Notes: generated by a model not told the origin, from the sequence alone. Shown: positions 35,365 to 43,368, numbered from the stretch's first letter. The stretch is 53,682 bases of DNA from a virus (IMGVR_UViG_3300037393_000027:1-53682), one strand, 5' to 3'. Program-made: numbers and translations.

Positions 35365-35691
35365 ATGTCTAGGCAGTCCCTGAAGGAAAAAGAGAAGCAG
35401 GACGCTATCGCTCAGCTCCGTACCTGGATTCCCGAGGGCGGTACCGTCTACACGATTCTCCGCAGCGTGAGCCGCAGCGGGATGCAGCGGCTCATTACGC
35501 CCATCATCTTCTCGGACGAAGGGAACCCGTACTGGCCTACGTACGCAATCGCCACGGCCTGCGGCTATTCCATGAGCAAGAACGGCGAGGGGATCATTGC
35601 GCGCGGTTGTGGGTATGATGCCGCGAATGCAATCGTTGAGCACCTTCGGCACGAGCTTGGCTATGCGTCCTTGAAGCAGGTGCGGCTGTGA
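35365..35691 (+). CDS. conserved phage hypothetical protein
   Basis: TVYTILRSVSRSGM.R.I and GCG.D motifs; AAGGAG RBS. Confidence 0.65.
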   Translation: MSRQSLKEKEKQDAIAQLRTWIPEGGTVYTILRSVSRSGMQRLITPIIFSDEGNPYWPTYAIATACGYSMSKNGEGIIARGCGYDAANAIVEHLRHELGYASLKQVRL

Positions 35692-36005
35692 AAGACCTAG
35701 CACTCTACAACTTCCTGCACGAAAAGCTCCGCGACTACGACGTCAGCGAGTACGGAATCGACGCCTTCGGGAAGGATCTTGAGGCGTTCCTCGCCTCTCA
35801 ATGGCGGCCCGTGAGCGAACCGCCGGAGATGGAGAACAGACGGAACCTTCTAGTGGAATCCCTCGACGTCCTGGGGTGCGATACGCAGAAGCACCAATGG
35901 GTGGTGCGTGCCTGGATAGATCCCGAGGACGGGAGCGTTCGCTGGTCTGGCAGTCCGCACGCCCTCACTCACTGGCGCCCGCTTCCGGAGGGGCCGAAAC
36001 CGTAG
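35688..36005 (+). CDS. DUF551-like protein
   Basis: WRPVSEPPE ... THWRPLPEGP. Confidence 0.65.
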   Translation: MKDLALYNFLHEKLRDYDVSEYGIDAFGKDLEAFLASQWRPVSEPPEMENRRNLLVESLDVLGCDTQKHQWVVRAWIDPEDGSVRWSGSPHALTHWRPLPEGPKP

Positions 36006-36067
36006 GCACTGACAACGCTCTTCGCGTAGCCGCTGCGTCCTTGTAGTCAAACTTTAGGAGAAACTTC

Positions 36068-36463
36068 ATGTCTACCCGTTGCCAGATCGCCCTCGTAATG
36101 CCCGATGGAAGCCCTTATCCCTGCAAGATCTACCGTCATTGCGACGGTTACCCTGAGTCGGTCTTTCCGGATCTCCAGAAATTCGCCGCCGACTTCAACC
36201 GTGCGCGCGGAGTCGACCCGGAATACATGCTGGCGCAATGCCTCCTCAAGTGCGGTGTATCGGATCGAGGAAGCTACACCGGCTACGGCGTCTCGACCTG
36301 GTGGCACTATGACATCGAATGGCTCTACAAGGTCTACGTCGAGACGGGGCGCGTCGAGGTGGTCAAGGTCCGCTGGCAGGACGCAGAAGACGACTCCTGG
36401 CCTACCGGCAAGGTCTTGACGGCGGAGGAGCTGCAAGTCTATCTCGATCGTAACGAGGCGTGA
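36068..36463 (+). CDS. conserved phage protein (MxTR...YxHxDGYP family)
   Basis: MSTRCQI...IYRHCDGYPE...DIEWLY. Confidence 0.65.
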   Translation: MSTRCQIALVMPDGSPYPCKIYRHCDGYPESVFPDLQKFAADFNRARGVDPEYMLAQCLLKCGVSDRGSYTGYGVSTWWHYDIEWLYKVYVETGRVEVVKVRWQDAEDDSWPTGKVLTAEELQVYLDRNEA

Positions 36464-36512
36464 GCGTCAACCTACGTGAACGACTGACTGCGTCCCTAAA
36501 GGAGGGAGCGAA

Positions 36513-36983
36513 GTGATCTCGATACAGGAACAACAAGAAAACAGTAAGGCAGCAAAGGGATACTGGGAATTCGCAATGCAGCGCTATCGCGAGGAGATTC
36601 GCGCGATGAACTCCGACAATTGGCGATCTGCGGTCGATCGCATCGCAAATGCCAAGGAGGAAGCGCGCGCCATCATGCCGACCGAACGGAAGAACCAACC
36701 CTACGATGGGGAGTGGACGATCAAGCGCATGCCCTACGAGGCCGCAGAGCTAGCCCTCGGACAAGCAAGGCTCAGGGCGGCCCTTGTTCTCATTGAGGCC
36801 GGAGTCGTAACGGGCGAGAACCCGCAAGACGTTGCCCTGGCGAAGTGGCGCTCGGCTCGATTCACTCGCGAAGAGAGCGGGCCATTCCCGGAGACTCCCC
36901 CGAAGGGATTTCCTCGATCCATTCGGTTCAATGCCCCGTTCCTTACCCGAGAAGGGCTGGAAATCCACCATCCACCGATCTGA
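36513..36983 (+). CDS. hypothetical early protein
   Basis: 156 aa; GGAGGGAG RBS. Confidence 0.5.
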   Translation: MISIQEQQENSKAAKGYWEFAMQRYREEIRAMNSDNWRSAVDRIANAKEEARAIMPTERKNQPYDGEWTIKRMPYEAAELALGQARLRAALVLIEAGVVTGENPQDVALAKWRSARFTREESGPFPETPPKGFPRSIRFNAPFLTREGLEIHHPPI

Positions 36984-37083
36984 GCCGACTTCTCCTGTGG
37001 CGCACGGGTTACGGCCGGTGCGTCCTGGGAGCGGCCGGATGACCGGAAGCTCAACGGCGGGAAGACCCGCCAAGGAGAGACAA

Positions 37084-37629
37084 ATGAGCAAAAGAATAAG
37101 CGTCAAGGAATGGGGCATGCAGGCAATCGACTTCCTCGCGACGATTGAGGATGACATGGGTGCGGCCATCATGCATATCCAGTCGCGCGAACCGGAGAAC
37201 GTCAACGCTCTCGGCGCCGCGCGAACCGCCCATCACAATCTCGGCGTCCATGTTGCGTCCCTGGCTCGGCGCATCGGACGCTACAACGAGGAGCGCCACA
37301 TCGCAACCGGCTACACCGCCGTCTACCGATGCCCAGTCCCGTCTCCGGAAGTCAAGATCGACGATCCCGCTCTCCGCCCTATCGTAGTTTGGACGGGCCG
37401 AGACGGCGACGTAGCTGATTGCCCGGACGGAGGCGCGTTCCTAGACGTCAAGTGGGCACACTCGGAGCAAAGCTATTGCGCGTGGTACCCGACCGTCGAT
37501 GCGGCTAAGGCCGAGCTGGCGGGGCTGGCGGTCGATTTCCACGCCGCAATCGACAGCACCGGACTCAACGCCGACATGACGGCGCATGGAGCGAGCGAGA
37601 GTTCCACTATGCACGTTACGCGACGGTAG
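37084..37629 (+). CDS. hypothetical early protein
   Basis: Likely start MSKRISVK with AAGGAG RBS. Confidence 0.55.
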   Translation: MSKRISVKEWGMQAIDFLATIEDDMGAAIMHIQSREPENVNALGAARTAHHNLGVHVASLARRIGRYNEERHIATGYTAVYRCPVPSPEVKIDDPALRPIVVWTGRDGDVADCPDGGAFLDVKWAHSEQSYCAWYPTVDAAKAELAGLAVDFHAAIDSTGLNADMTAHGASESSTMHVTRR

Positions 37630-37710
37630 CCGATCCCTCTTGCGGCGCCCTGCTTCGGCCGGGTGCCTTGGGAGCGACCGGACGATCCGGGCGACAACAA
37701 GGAGACCGAC

Positions 37711-38040
37711 ATGCCAATGTACTACCCGTCTTACGTGATTCCCGACGCTTACCGCGACCGCAACTATTTCGGTAGCGAGAACGAGCACAAAATCGCAACC
37801 CTCGTTCGCGGAGGGGTAGGTTACGAGGACGCCGACCCGATCGAGCTGCTGGCTCACGGCTGCAAGGGAACGATGACTGCGGCGGCCGGCGTGCGGGCGG
37901 TGCGGAAGTCGAACGGTTCAACGCTCTGCGACGTCAACGGCCGGCCGGAATGGAAGATGGAGCCGGAAGGGAGGGAGATCGACAAGCAGCGCCTGGAAAT
38001 GTGGCTTCATGTCAACAGTTATCACGAGGAAGGGAACTAG
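37711..38040 (+). CDS. hypothetical early protein
   Basis: Likely start MPMYYPSY with AAGGAG RBS. Confidence 0.55.
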   Translation: MPMYYPSYVIPDAYRDRNYFGSENEHKIATLVRGGVGYEDADPIELLAHGCKGTMTAAAGVRAVRKSNGSTLCDVNGRPEWKMEPEGREIDKQRLEMWLHVNSYHEEGN

Positions 38041-38042
38041 AA

Positions 38043-38225
38043 ATGGAGAAGATCACCCGATTCGACGGAGAGTCGCCGTATCACGCCTTCGTCGAGCACA
38101 ATGCCCTCGACATGGTGGAAGAGGAAGCTTTTAAGGATTGGTTCGCCACGATCGAACCGGAGTATCAGTACCAGATCATCTACCAGCATTGGAAGGAAAA
38201 GGTCCCGCAACCCGCCGACCGTTAG
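38043..38225 (+). CDS. hypothetical early protein
   Basis: MEKITRFDG..., directly after the upstream stop. Confidence 0.45.
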   Translation: MEKITRFDGESPYHAFVEHNALDMVEEEAFKDWFATIEPEYQYQIIYQHWKEKVPQPADR

Positions 38226-38249
38226 GTCGATTCTCGAAAGGAAAAAGGA

Positions 38250-38402
38250 ATGGAAACAACCGTCTACGACGAAGTGCAGGCGCTGCGCGACCGGCTCTTC
38301 AACGCCAAACCCAACGACCGCACAGACAAGGATCGCGCTTACGCCGTCCTCATCACCAAACTAGAGGAGGCTGCGGCGCTCGCCGCCTACCACAAGATCT
38401 AA
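38250..38402 (+). CDS. 50 aa helical-hairpin protein, Acb2/Tad1-like motif (not in ORF track)
   Basis: METTVYDEVQALRDRLFNAKPNDRTDKDRAYAVLITKLEEAAALAAYHKI; AAAGGA upstream. Confidence 0.5.
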   Translation: METTVYDEVQALRDRLFNAKPNDRTDKDRAYAVLITKLEEAAALAAYHKI

Positions 38403-38472
38403 CCCCGGCCCTCACCCTGCGTGCGTCCCCGGAGGTACGCAGGATTGGAGGCCGGAAGGCTAAGGAGGAGAG

Positions 38473-38703
38473 ATGATCACAACCTATCGATTCGAGGAGC
38501 TGAAGCTGTCCGCAACTCGCTACTGGAAGGACGAGAACGGCAAGCGGCGCCAGGAGACGAAGCAGTTCTTCCAGACCCTCAACCCCTACAACAAGAACAG
38601 GGACGGCCTTGTCAAGACTCGCAGCGAGATCTGGGAGGAGCTGCACGCGGCCCGCGCTGCATGGCTGGAGTCCTTCAGGGCCAAGGAGGGTTCGAATGAG
38701 TGA
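38473..38703 (+). CDS. hypothetical early protein
   Basis: F.QTLNPYNKN.DG motif; AAGGAGG RBS. Confidence 0.6.
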   Translation: MITTYRFEELKLSATRYWKDENGKRRQETKQFFQTLNPYNKNRDGLVKTRSEIWEELHAARAAWLESFRAKEGSNE

Positions 38704-39013
38704 CAACGAGATGAACTTTGAAGCTGGAGGAAGGGAATTCACCGCTCGCCAAGTCCTCGCTCCAGGGAGCCAACGTGACCGCGAATGGAACATCAACGAT
38801 CGGGTCGGTGCTTGGTATGGCAGCATCAAGCACGACCCCTTCAGCGAGACTCCCTCCTGGCGCGCTTTCTGTGGCTGCGACGAAACCGAGGACGAACTTG
38901 GGACATTCAGGCCGTACACCGTCGCCGACTCGATGCTGAGTGCGGCGCAGCGGGTCGCCCTGAGTGCTCGCGAACCCGACCAACCCACTGCGTCCCTGGA
39001 GGACCCGACATGA
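38696..39013 (+). CDS. hypothetical early protein
   Basis: Likely start MSDNEMNF with AAGGAGG RBS. Confidence 0.5.
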   Translation: MSDNEMNFEAGGREFTARQVLAPGSQRDREWNINDRVGAWYGSIKHDPFSETPSWRAFCGCDETEDELGTFRPYTVADSMLSAAQRVALSAREPDQPTASLEDPT

Positions 39014-39255
39014 CCAAGAAGTACGCCGACTGGGAGCCCTGGGAGAAAATCTACGAGGAGCTGAACCAGGCCGTAAACAAAATGCAGGACTACGACGACC
39101 CACAAGAGGCACTCTCGCACGACGAGTTCGTCGCCTTCCGTCGCTCCTGGTACATCATGCTGAATCAGGTCCGCAAGTACGAAGCCTATTTCACCGAGCT
39201 GCACGAGCGCGAGGCTTATGCAGATCTCGAAGATGCAGGCACTGCGTCCCTGTGA
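39010..39255 (+). CDS. hypothetical early protein
   Basis: MTKKYADW..., ATGA overlap, GGAGG RBS. Confidence 0.55.
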   Translation: MTKKYADWEPWEKIYEELNQAVNKMQDYDDPQEALSHDEFVAFRRSWYIMLNQVRKYEAYFTELHEREAYADLEDAGTASL

Positions 39256-39348
39256 CGCGAAGGGAGCCTAGTCCATACCCAGGTATACCCCATCCCAAGA
39301 TAGTCGATCCTGGGGCGATTTAAAACGATTACATGAGGAGGAGGAGGG

Positions 39349-39726
39349 ATGAGCCTTGACGTCTACCTGTACGGAGAAGAAACCGAGAAGGAGTGCTCTT
39401 GCCCCACCTGTGGCCATGACCATACGCGGACGGTGCGAGACTCCCTTTTCAGCGCCAACATCACCCACAACCTGAACGGCATGGCCGACGAGGCGGGGAT
39501 CTACCTGTACCTCTGGCGCCCTGAGGAGGTCGGCGTTACTCACGCCAGACAGCTCATCGAGCCGCTGCGTGCCGGTCTGCGTCGCCTGGAGTCTGACGAA
39601 GAGGACTTCGCGAAGTTCAACCCCAAGAACGGATGGGGCTCTTGCGATGGACTCGTGGCATTTGTGCGGGAGTACCTCCGGGCCTGCGAAGAATATCCGG
39701 ACGCAACTGTCGAGGTGTCGCGGTGA
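39349..39726 (+). CDS. conserved phage hypothetical protein
   Basis: MSLDVYL...ANITHNL..MA..AG...LWRP...NP.NGWG. Confidence 0.7.
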   Translation: MSLDVYLYGEETEKECSCPTCGHDHTRTVRDSLFSANITHNLNGMADEAGIYLYLWRPEEVGVTHARQLIEPLRAGLRRLESDEEDFAKFNPKNGWGSCDGLVAFVREYLRACEEYPDATVEVSR

Positions 39727-39950
39727 AGATCTACGTCACCAAGTACGCGCTGACGCAAGGGATCACAACCCACGAAGTTGGAGAGGAGCCCGGCAAGGGG
39801 TGGCCCTGGTTTGTCACCCCCGGCAGGGGCGAGGGGCTCGACTGGCATCTTTCCATGGCCGACGCAATGGTCCGTGCCTACGCCATGCGTGACGCCAAGA
39901 TTGCGTCCCTGAAGCGGGCCATCGCCAAGCTTGAGGGGATGGAGTTCTGA
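39723..39950 (+). CDS. hypothetical phage protein
   Basis: GTG start, KIYVTKYALTQGI...KIASLKRAIAKLE. Confidence 0.55.
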   Translation: MKIYVTKYALTQGITTHEVGEEPGKGWPWFVTPGRGEGLDWHLSMADAMVRAYAMRDAKIASLKRAIAKLEGMEF

Positions 39951-39952
39951 CT

Positions 39953-40252
39953 ATGGCCATCAAGAAAGAGCTAACCGGATACAAGGTGGTCGTCTGGGTC
40001 GACAAGCCGTGGGTGTTGGCCGAGCGCGTTCCGGATCGCTGGCGCGAGAGCGCTCACGACCTAGCGGCAGCCGTTCGTCGCCACGTGGACGGTATCGACC
40101 ATATCGACGTCGAAGCCGATCTCGACTTGGTCTGCGAGTTCTGCGGGTCGGCCTGGGGCGAACGTGACGAGCTGTACAACGGCGGCTGCTGCGCTCGGGA
40201 TTGCGAGGAGGAGGACAAGAGGGCTGCTGAGATCGAGGCGGTGCGTCCATGA
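39953..40252 (+). CDS. hypothetical phage protein
   Basis: RRHVD...CEFCG...GGCC motifs. Confidence 0.55.
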   Translation: MAIKKELTGYKVVVWVDKPWVLAERVPDRWRESAHDLAAAVRRHVDGIDHIDVEADLDLVCEFCGSAWGERDELYNGGCCARDCEEEDKRAAEIEAVRP

Positions 40253-40524
40253 ACAACTGCCTCGACCACCTCGACTACACAGAATCCACCTGTCCGGACT
40301 GCGGGCACGCGGTCGATCGCTACGGGAACACGGAGGGCCAGTTCGACTACTGCTCGTTTCCGGACTGTGGCTGTAACGGGGCAAGGCTATGCATGGCCAA
40401 GGGTGCCGCTTCGGATCGCGCCGTCCGGCAGAACGTCGAGGACATGTGGCGCGGCAAGACAATCGAGCAGCGGCGCGCGGTGTTCGAACTCTACGGAGAT
40501 GTCCTCAAGGAGGGTAAGTCATGA
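40249..40524 (+). CDS. Cys-rich hypothetical protein
   Basis: CPDCG...YGNTE...CSFPDCGC.GARLC. Confidence 0.55.
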   Translation: MNNCLDHLDYTESTCPDCGHAVDRYGNTEGQFDYCSFPDCGCNGARLCMAKGAASDRAVRQNVEDMWRGKTIEQRRAVFELYGDVLKEGKS

Positions 40525-40763
40525 CCCACGACCGCCCCTCCCTCTCCGCCCTCTTCCGGCGCCTGCTTGGCGATCCGGAGTACCTGGACGAGTCCATCAT
40601 CTACGACGGACCCAACTCCATCGTCGAGATCGTATCGACCACGGCCTGCAAGCACGGTCGCCAGGACTGTCCGAACTGCGGGACGACCTCGCGTCGTGAC
40701 GTGACGCACAAGACCCGTGGTGGGCGCGGATCGGTTGGGAAGCTGCGGAAGAAGCCTCGCTAA
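40521..40763 (+). CDS. hypothetical protein
   Basis: CKHG..DC..CG; the stop TAA begins the promoter motif. Confidence 0.5.
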   Translation: MTHDRPSLSALFRRLLGDPEYLDESIIYDGPNSIVEIVSTTACKHGRQDCPNCGTTSRRDVTHKTRGGRGSVGKLRKKPR

Positions 40764-40796
40764 CCCCTTGACACAGACTGACCGCTGTGCTAACGT
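40761..40796 (+). promoter_or_regulatory. TAACCCCTTGACA-type promoter upstream of the peptide array
   Basis: TAACCCC-TTGACA-17 nt-TAACGT with extended -10 TG; shares CGCTGTGCTAA with the 33295 promoter. Confidence 0.75.
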
Positions 40797-40818
40797 AGTG
40801 ACATTGGAGGAGGACGAG

Positions 40819-41187
40819 ATGAGCGACAAGAGGTCAACGAGGGACGAGGCGCTGAAGGCTTACGAAGAGGCGTACGGTAGTTTTATCGGAAAAAGCCTGG
40901 ATTACGACCGCCTCCGCGCCCTCGACGCAGTCGCGGCACTCTTCGGCGGGTACGCGGAGCCGATCGTCGAGATGCCAGAAGTCGAGCCCACCCTGATTCA
41001 CGTTCGCGGCACGGACCTCACCCTTCAACAGGAGGCGGTCCTGTGCGCCCGCTCCAACGTCTGGCCGGAGATCATTGCCGCACTGGACGACACGATCGGT
41101 CGCCCGTATCCCGAGGTGCCGATCCGCGATGTACTACAGCGCATGAGATCCACCGAGTTCGGCGTAGGCCCTGACCTGAAGTCCTGA
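40819..41187 (+). CDS. hypothetical protein upstream of the peptide array
   Basis: MSDKRSTR..., GGAGGAGG RBS. Confidence 0.6.
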   Translation: MSDKRSTRDEALKAYEEAYGSFIGKSLDYDRLRALDAVAALFGGYAEPIVEMPEVEPTLIHVRGTDLTLQQEAVLCARSNVWPEIIAALDDTIGRPYPEVPIRDVLQRMRSTEFGVGPDLKS

Positions 41188-41261
41188 AGCAATCCGGGGA
41201 GCCGTCGCGGCAGGCCGGGCAATTCCCCTCGGCTTATCCGGGAAACCGGAGGAGTTACACC

Positions 41262-41423
41262 ATGGAGAAGAAGGCTAAGAAGTTGCGCCTTGGACTCGAA
41301 ACCCTGTCGCGTTTAGACGGGGTGAGCGGCGGGGAGGATCCCGTTATCAAGGCGTCGGGCTTCACCTGCGTGAGTAACTGTGACACAACCTGGTGGAGTA
41401 GCTACTGCCCGCCGAGGGCCTAA
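41262..41423 (+). CDS. RiPP (lanthipeptide-like) precursor peptide 1, 53 aa (not in ORF track)
   Basis: MEKKAKKLRLGLETLSRLDGVSGG-EDPVIKASGFTCVSNCDTTWWSSYCPPRA; GGAGGAG RBS. Confidence 0.75.
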   Translation: MEKKAKKLRLGLETLSRLDGVSGGEDPVIKASGFTCVSNCDTTWWSSYCPPRA

Positions 41424-41435
41424 GGAGGACTACCC

Positions 41436-41621
41436 ATGAGAAAGAACAAGTCACCCCGTCCCCGGCTCACCCTCAACCCCGAGACCCTGCGCCACCTGAC
41501 CGGCGGCAGAAGCACGCCGCAGGTACCGCCCCCGGACGTCACCGATAGTTGGTGGCAGTGTTATCCGACTGGCTCGGGCGGCACGTGCCCCACCGTCATC
41601 GGTACGTCCATCCCTCGCTGA
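41436..41621 (+). CDS. RiPP (lanthipeptide-like) precursor peptide 2, 61 aa
   Basis: MRKNKSPRPRLTLNPETLRHLTGG-RSTPQVPPPDVTDSWWQCYPTGSGGTCPTVIGTSIPR; TAAGGAGG RBS. Confidence 0.75.
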   Translation: MRKNKSPRPRLTLNPETLRHLTGGRSTPQVPPPDVTDSWWQCYPTGSGGTCPTVIGTSIPR

Positions 41622-41643
41622 TTCTGCGCCCGGACTGAACCGG

Positions 41644-41725
41644 AAGGAGTCGTCACGCTACGAAACGCAAGCTCAAGCCGAACCGTGAAACCCTCCGTCG
41701 CCTAGATCTCCGCTGTACGTACTAG
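41644..41725 (+). pseudogene. degenerate third precursor (leader only)
   Basis: AAGGAG RBS, no canonical start, frame TKRKLKPNRETLRRLDLRCTY*. Confidence 0.55.
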
Positions 41726-41735
41726 CTACACCCAG

Positions 41736-41763
41736 GGCGGCCGGCTGGCGACGGTCGGCCGCC
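41736..41763 (+). other. stable hairpin after the peptide array
   Basis: GGCGGCCGGCTG-GCGA-CGGTCGGCCGCC with GNRA loop; no U-tract. Confidence 0.6.
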
Positions 41764-41827
41764 TCACTATCCCAAGCCAGAGCGACCCCCGGCGCGTGTA
41801 GCGTCGGCCCGGAAGCCTGGCCGCATC

Positions 41828-41867
41828 GAGTGGCCGGAGATGTTCACGGCCGGCCACTCTCTTTTTC
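41828..41867 (+). terminator. putative intrinsic terminator
   Basis: GAGTGGCCGG/CCGGCCACTC stem followed by TCTTTTT. Confidence 0.55.
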
Positions 41868-41878
41868 AGGAGGAACGC

Positions 41879-42241
41879 ATGAGGCGATCAGTGTGGATCG
41901 CAGGACTGAAGGGCTCGTTCGTGAGCTTCCTCGGCATGTCCGAGTTCGAGGCGGAGAAGGCTGCGGTCATCGCTGCGGACCATGCGCGCGGGCCGTGGGA
42001 TGCGGAGCGGGTGTTCGTGCCGCCCGTCGCGGCTGGAGCGATCGGCAACGGAGGCTATCGAGTTTGCGGATTTGGCATCGACCTTAGCAAGCCTGAGGCC
42101 CATCGCGCGGCCGATATCCTGAACGGCTACGAGGCGGCGCGATGGGCCATGGCGGAAATCCTCGTCGATAACGGACGGCCCGGTCTCGCTCGGAAGAGGA
42201 TGAACGAACTCCGGTCATTCTTCCAGATCGAGGAGGAGTGA
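41879..42241 (+). CDS. hypothetical protein
   Basis: MRRSVWIAG..., AGGAGG RBS. Confidence 0.5.
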   Translation: MRRSVWIAGLKGSFVSFLGMSEFEAEKAAVIAADHARGPWDAERVFVPPVAAGAIGNGGYRVCGFGIDLSKPEAHRAADILNGYEAARWAMAEILVDNGRPGLARKRMNELRSFFQIEEE

Positions 42242-42648
42242 TGAGCGAGTCTATCTATGGAGACAGGGACCTCGACCGGCAAGTTGCGGAGGCGCTGGGA
42301 TGGCGTTGGGTAACCGACACGAGCCGGGCCGCGAGTGAGAGAAAGCGCTTCCTCGCACGCGATCCATCCTCCTGGAGGTACTTCGAGGAAGCATCAGCAG
42401 ATATTCCCCTCTACGCGGATTGGTATTCGGACACCCCGAGGTATTCAACCGACCCCGCCGCCTACATGGGGCTGCTGGAGGAGATGGAGCGCAGGGGCTG
42501 CAACTTCGTCATCGGCGGAGGCTCTCCGTACACTTGCTCGCTGTGGTGGAAGGGGCATCCGAGGCCCGTACACGAAGGGTGCTCCCGAACCCTTGGCGAG
42601 GCCATGTCTCTGGCCGTTCTAGTGGCGCTGAAGGCGGAGGACAAATGA
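42241..42648 (+). CDS. phage ABA-sandwich (BC1872-like) domain protein
   Basis: RDLDRQVAEALGW...PRYSTD.AA...LLE.M...EA.SLA.L.AL. Confidence 0.65.
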   Translation: MSESIYGDRDLDRQVAEALGWRWVTDTSRAASERKRFLARDPSSWRYFEEASADIPLYADWYSDTPRYSTDPAAYMGLLEEMERRGCNFVIGGGSPYTCSLWWKGHPRPVHEGCSRTLGEAMSLAVLVALKAEDK

Positions 42649-42754
42649 GCATCAGGACTCGCTCTCGTCTTCCGTGGATCGGAATCATCGTGTGGGCGAC
42701 GTTGATTTACCTGACCATCGCCGAGATCGTCGGCAACATGACTGGAGGAGTCCG

Positions 42755-43174
42755 ATGAAGGAGAGAGAGTTCTTGCACGCCCTTGGTTCCACGTCATGTG
42801 GATCGATTCCGGACAACAGCCTGCAAGCTCGATGCGTTCTCGCTCTCGCCAAGCAGGCCGGGGCGACGTTCGAGTCGGAGGGCCTCAGGCCACTGCCGCC
42901 GCTCACCACCACTTCAGCCAGGTCAACCGGAGCGATGGATCGCACCATGGTGGGCCATGCAGTGGTCGAGTCTACCGCCCTGGACAAATGTGAGTGGCTA
43001 ACGAAAGCCGACTGCCTCGAAGTCCTCCGCCGCTGCAAGGCGGTCGAGGAGGCGGTGGCCCATCTACGGGGATACGTAGAACGATCTAGAAGCATCCCGA
43101 GCAATGCACCGTATTCAGGGGACCTGATATCCGCACTGGAGAGTTCCCTCGCCATCCTGGAGGGCACGAAGTGA
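42755..43174 (+). CDS. hypothetical protein
   Basis: MKEREFLH..., GGAGGAG RBS. Confidence 0.5.
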   Translation: MKEREFLHALGSTSCGSIPDNSLQARCVLALAKQAGATFESEGLRPLPPLTTTSARSTGAMDRTMVGHAVVESTALDKCEWLTKADCLEVLRRCKAVEEAVAHLRGYVERSRSIPSNAPYSGDLISALESSLAILEGTK

Positions 43175-43368
43175 TAAACCAAGAAGTCCTACCCCTATAC
43201 AAGGCCCGCTACGTCGTATGGATCGACTACGGTTCCGAGGGATGGAAACCGATCGCTGCCGGGGACGAGGCGGAGGCGGCTGGCATTCTGACAATGGACC
43301 ATGGCGGCAGAGACAAGATGGTCACTAGGCCACTCCAGATCCGCTTTCACGAGGAGGGCACGAAGTGA
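43171..43368 (+). CDS. hypothetical protein
   Basis: DYGSEGW motif; flanked by 16 nt direct repeats. Confidence 0.55.
   Translation: MINQEVLPLYKARYVVWIDYGSEGWKPIAAGDEAEAAGILTMDHGGRDKMVTRPLQIRFHEEGTK

Noticed and set aside
38400-38410. TAACCCC after a gene, resembling the promoter motif
   Set aside because: Not followed by TTGACA or a -10 element
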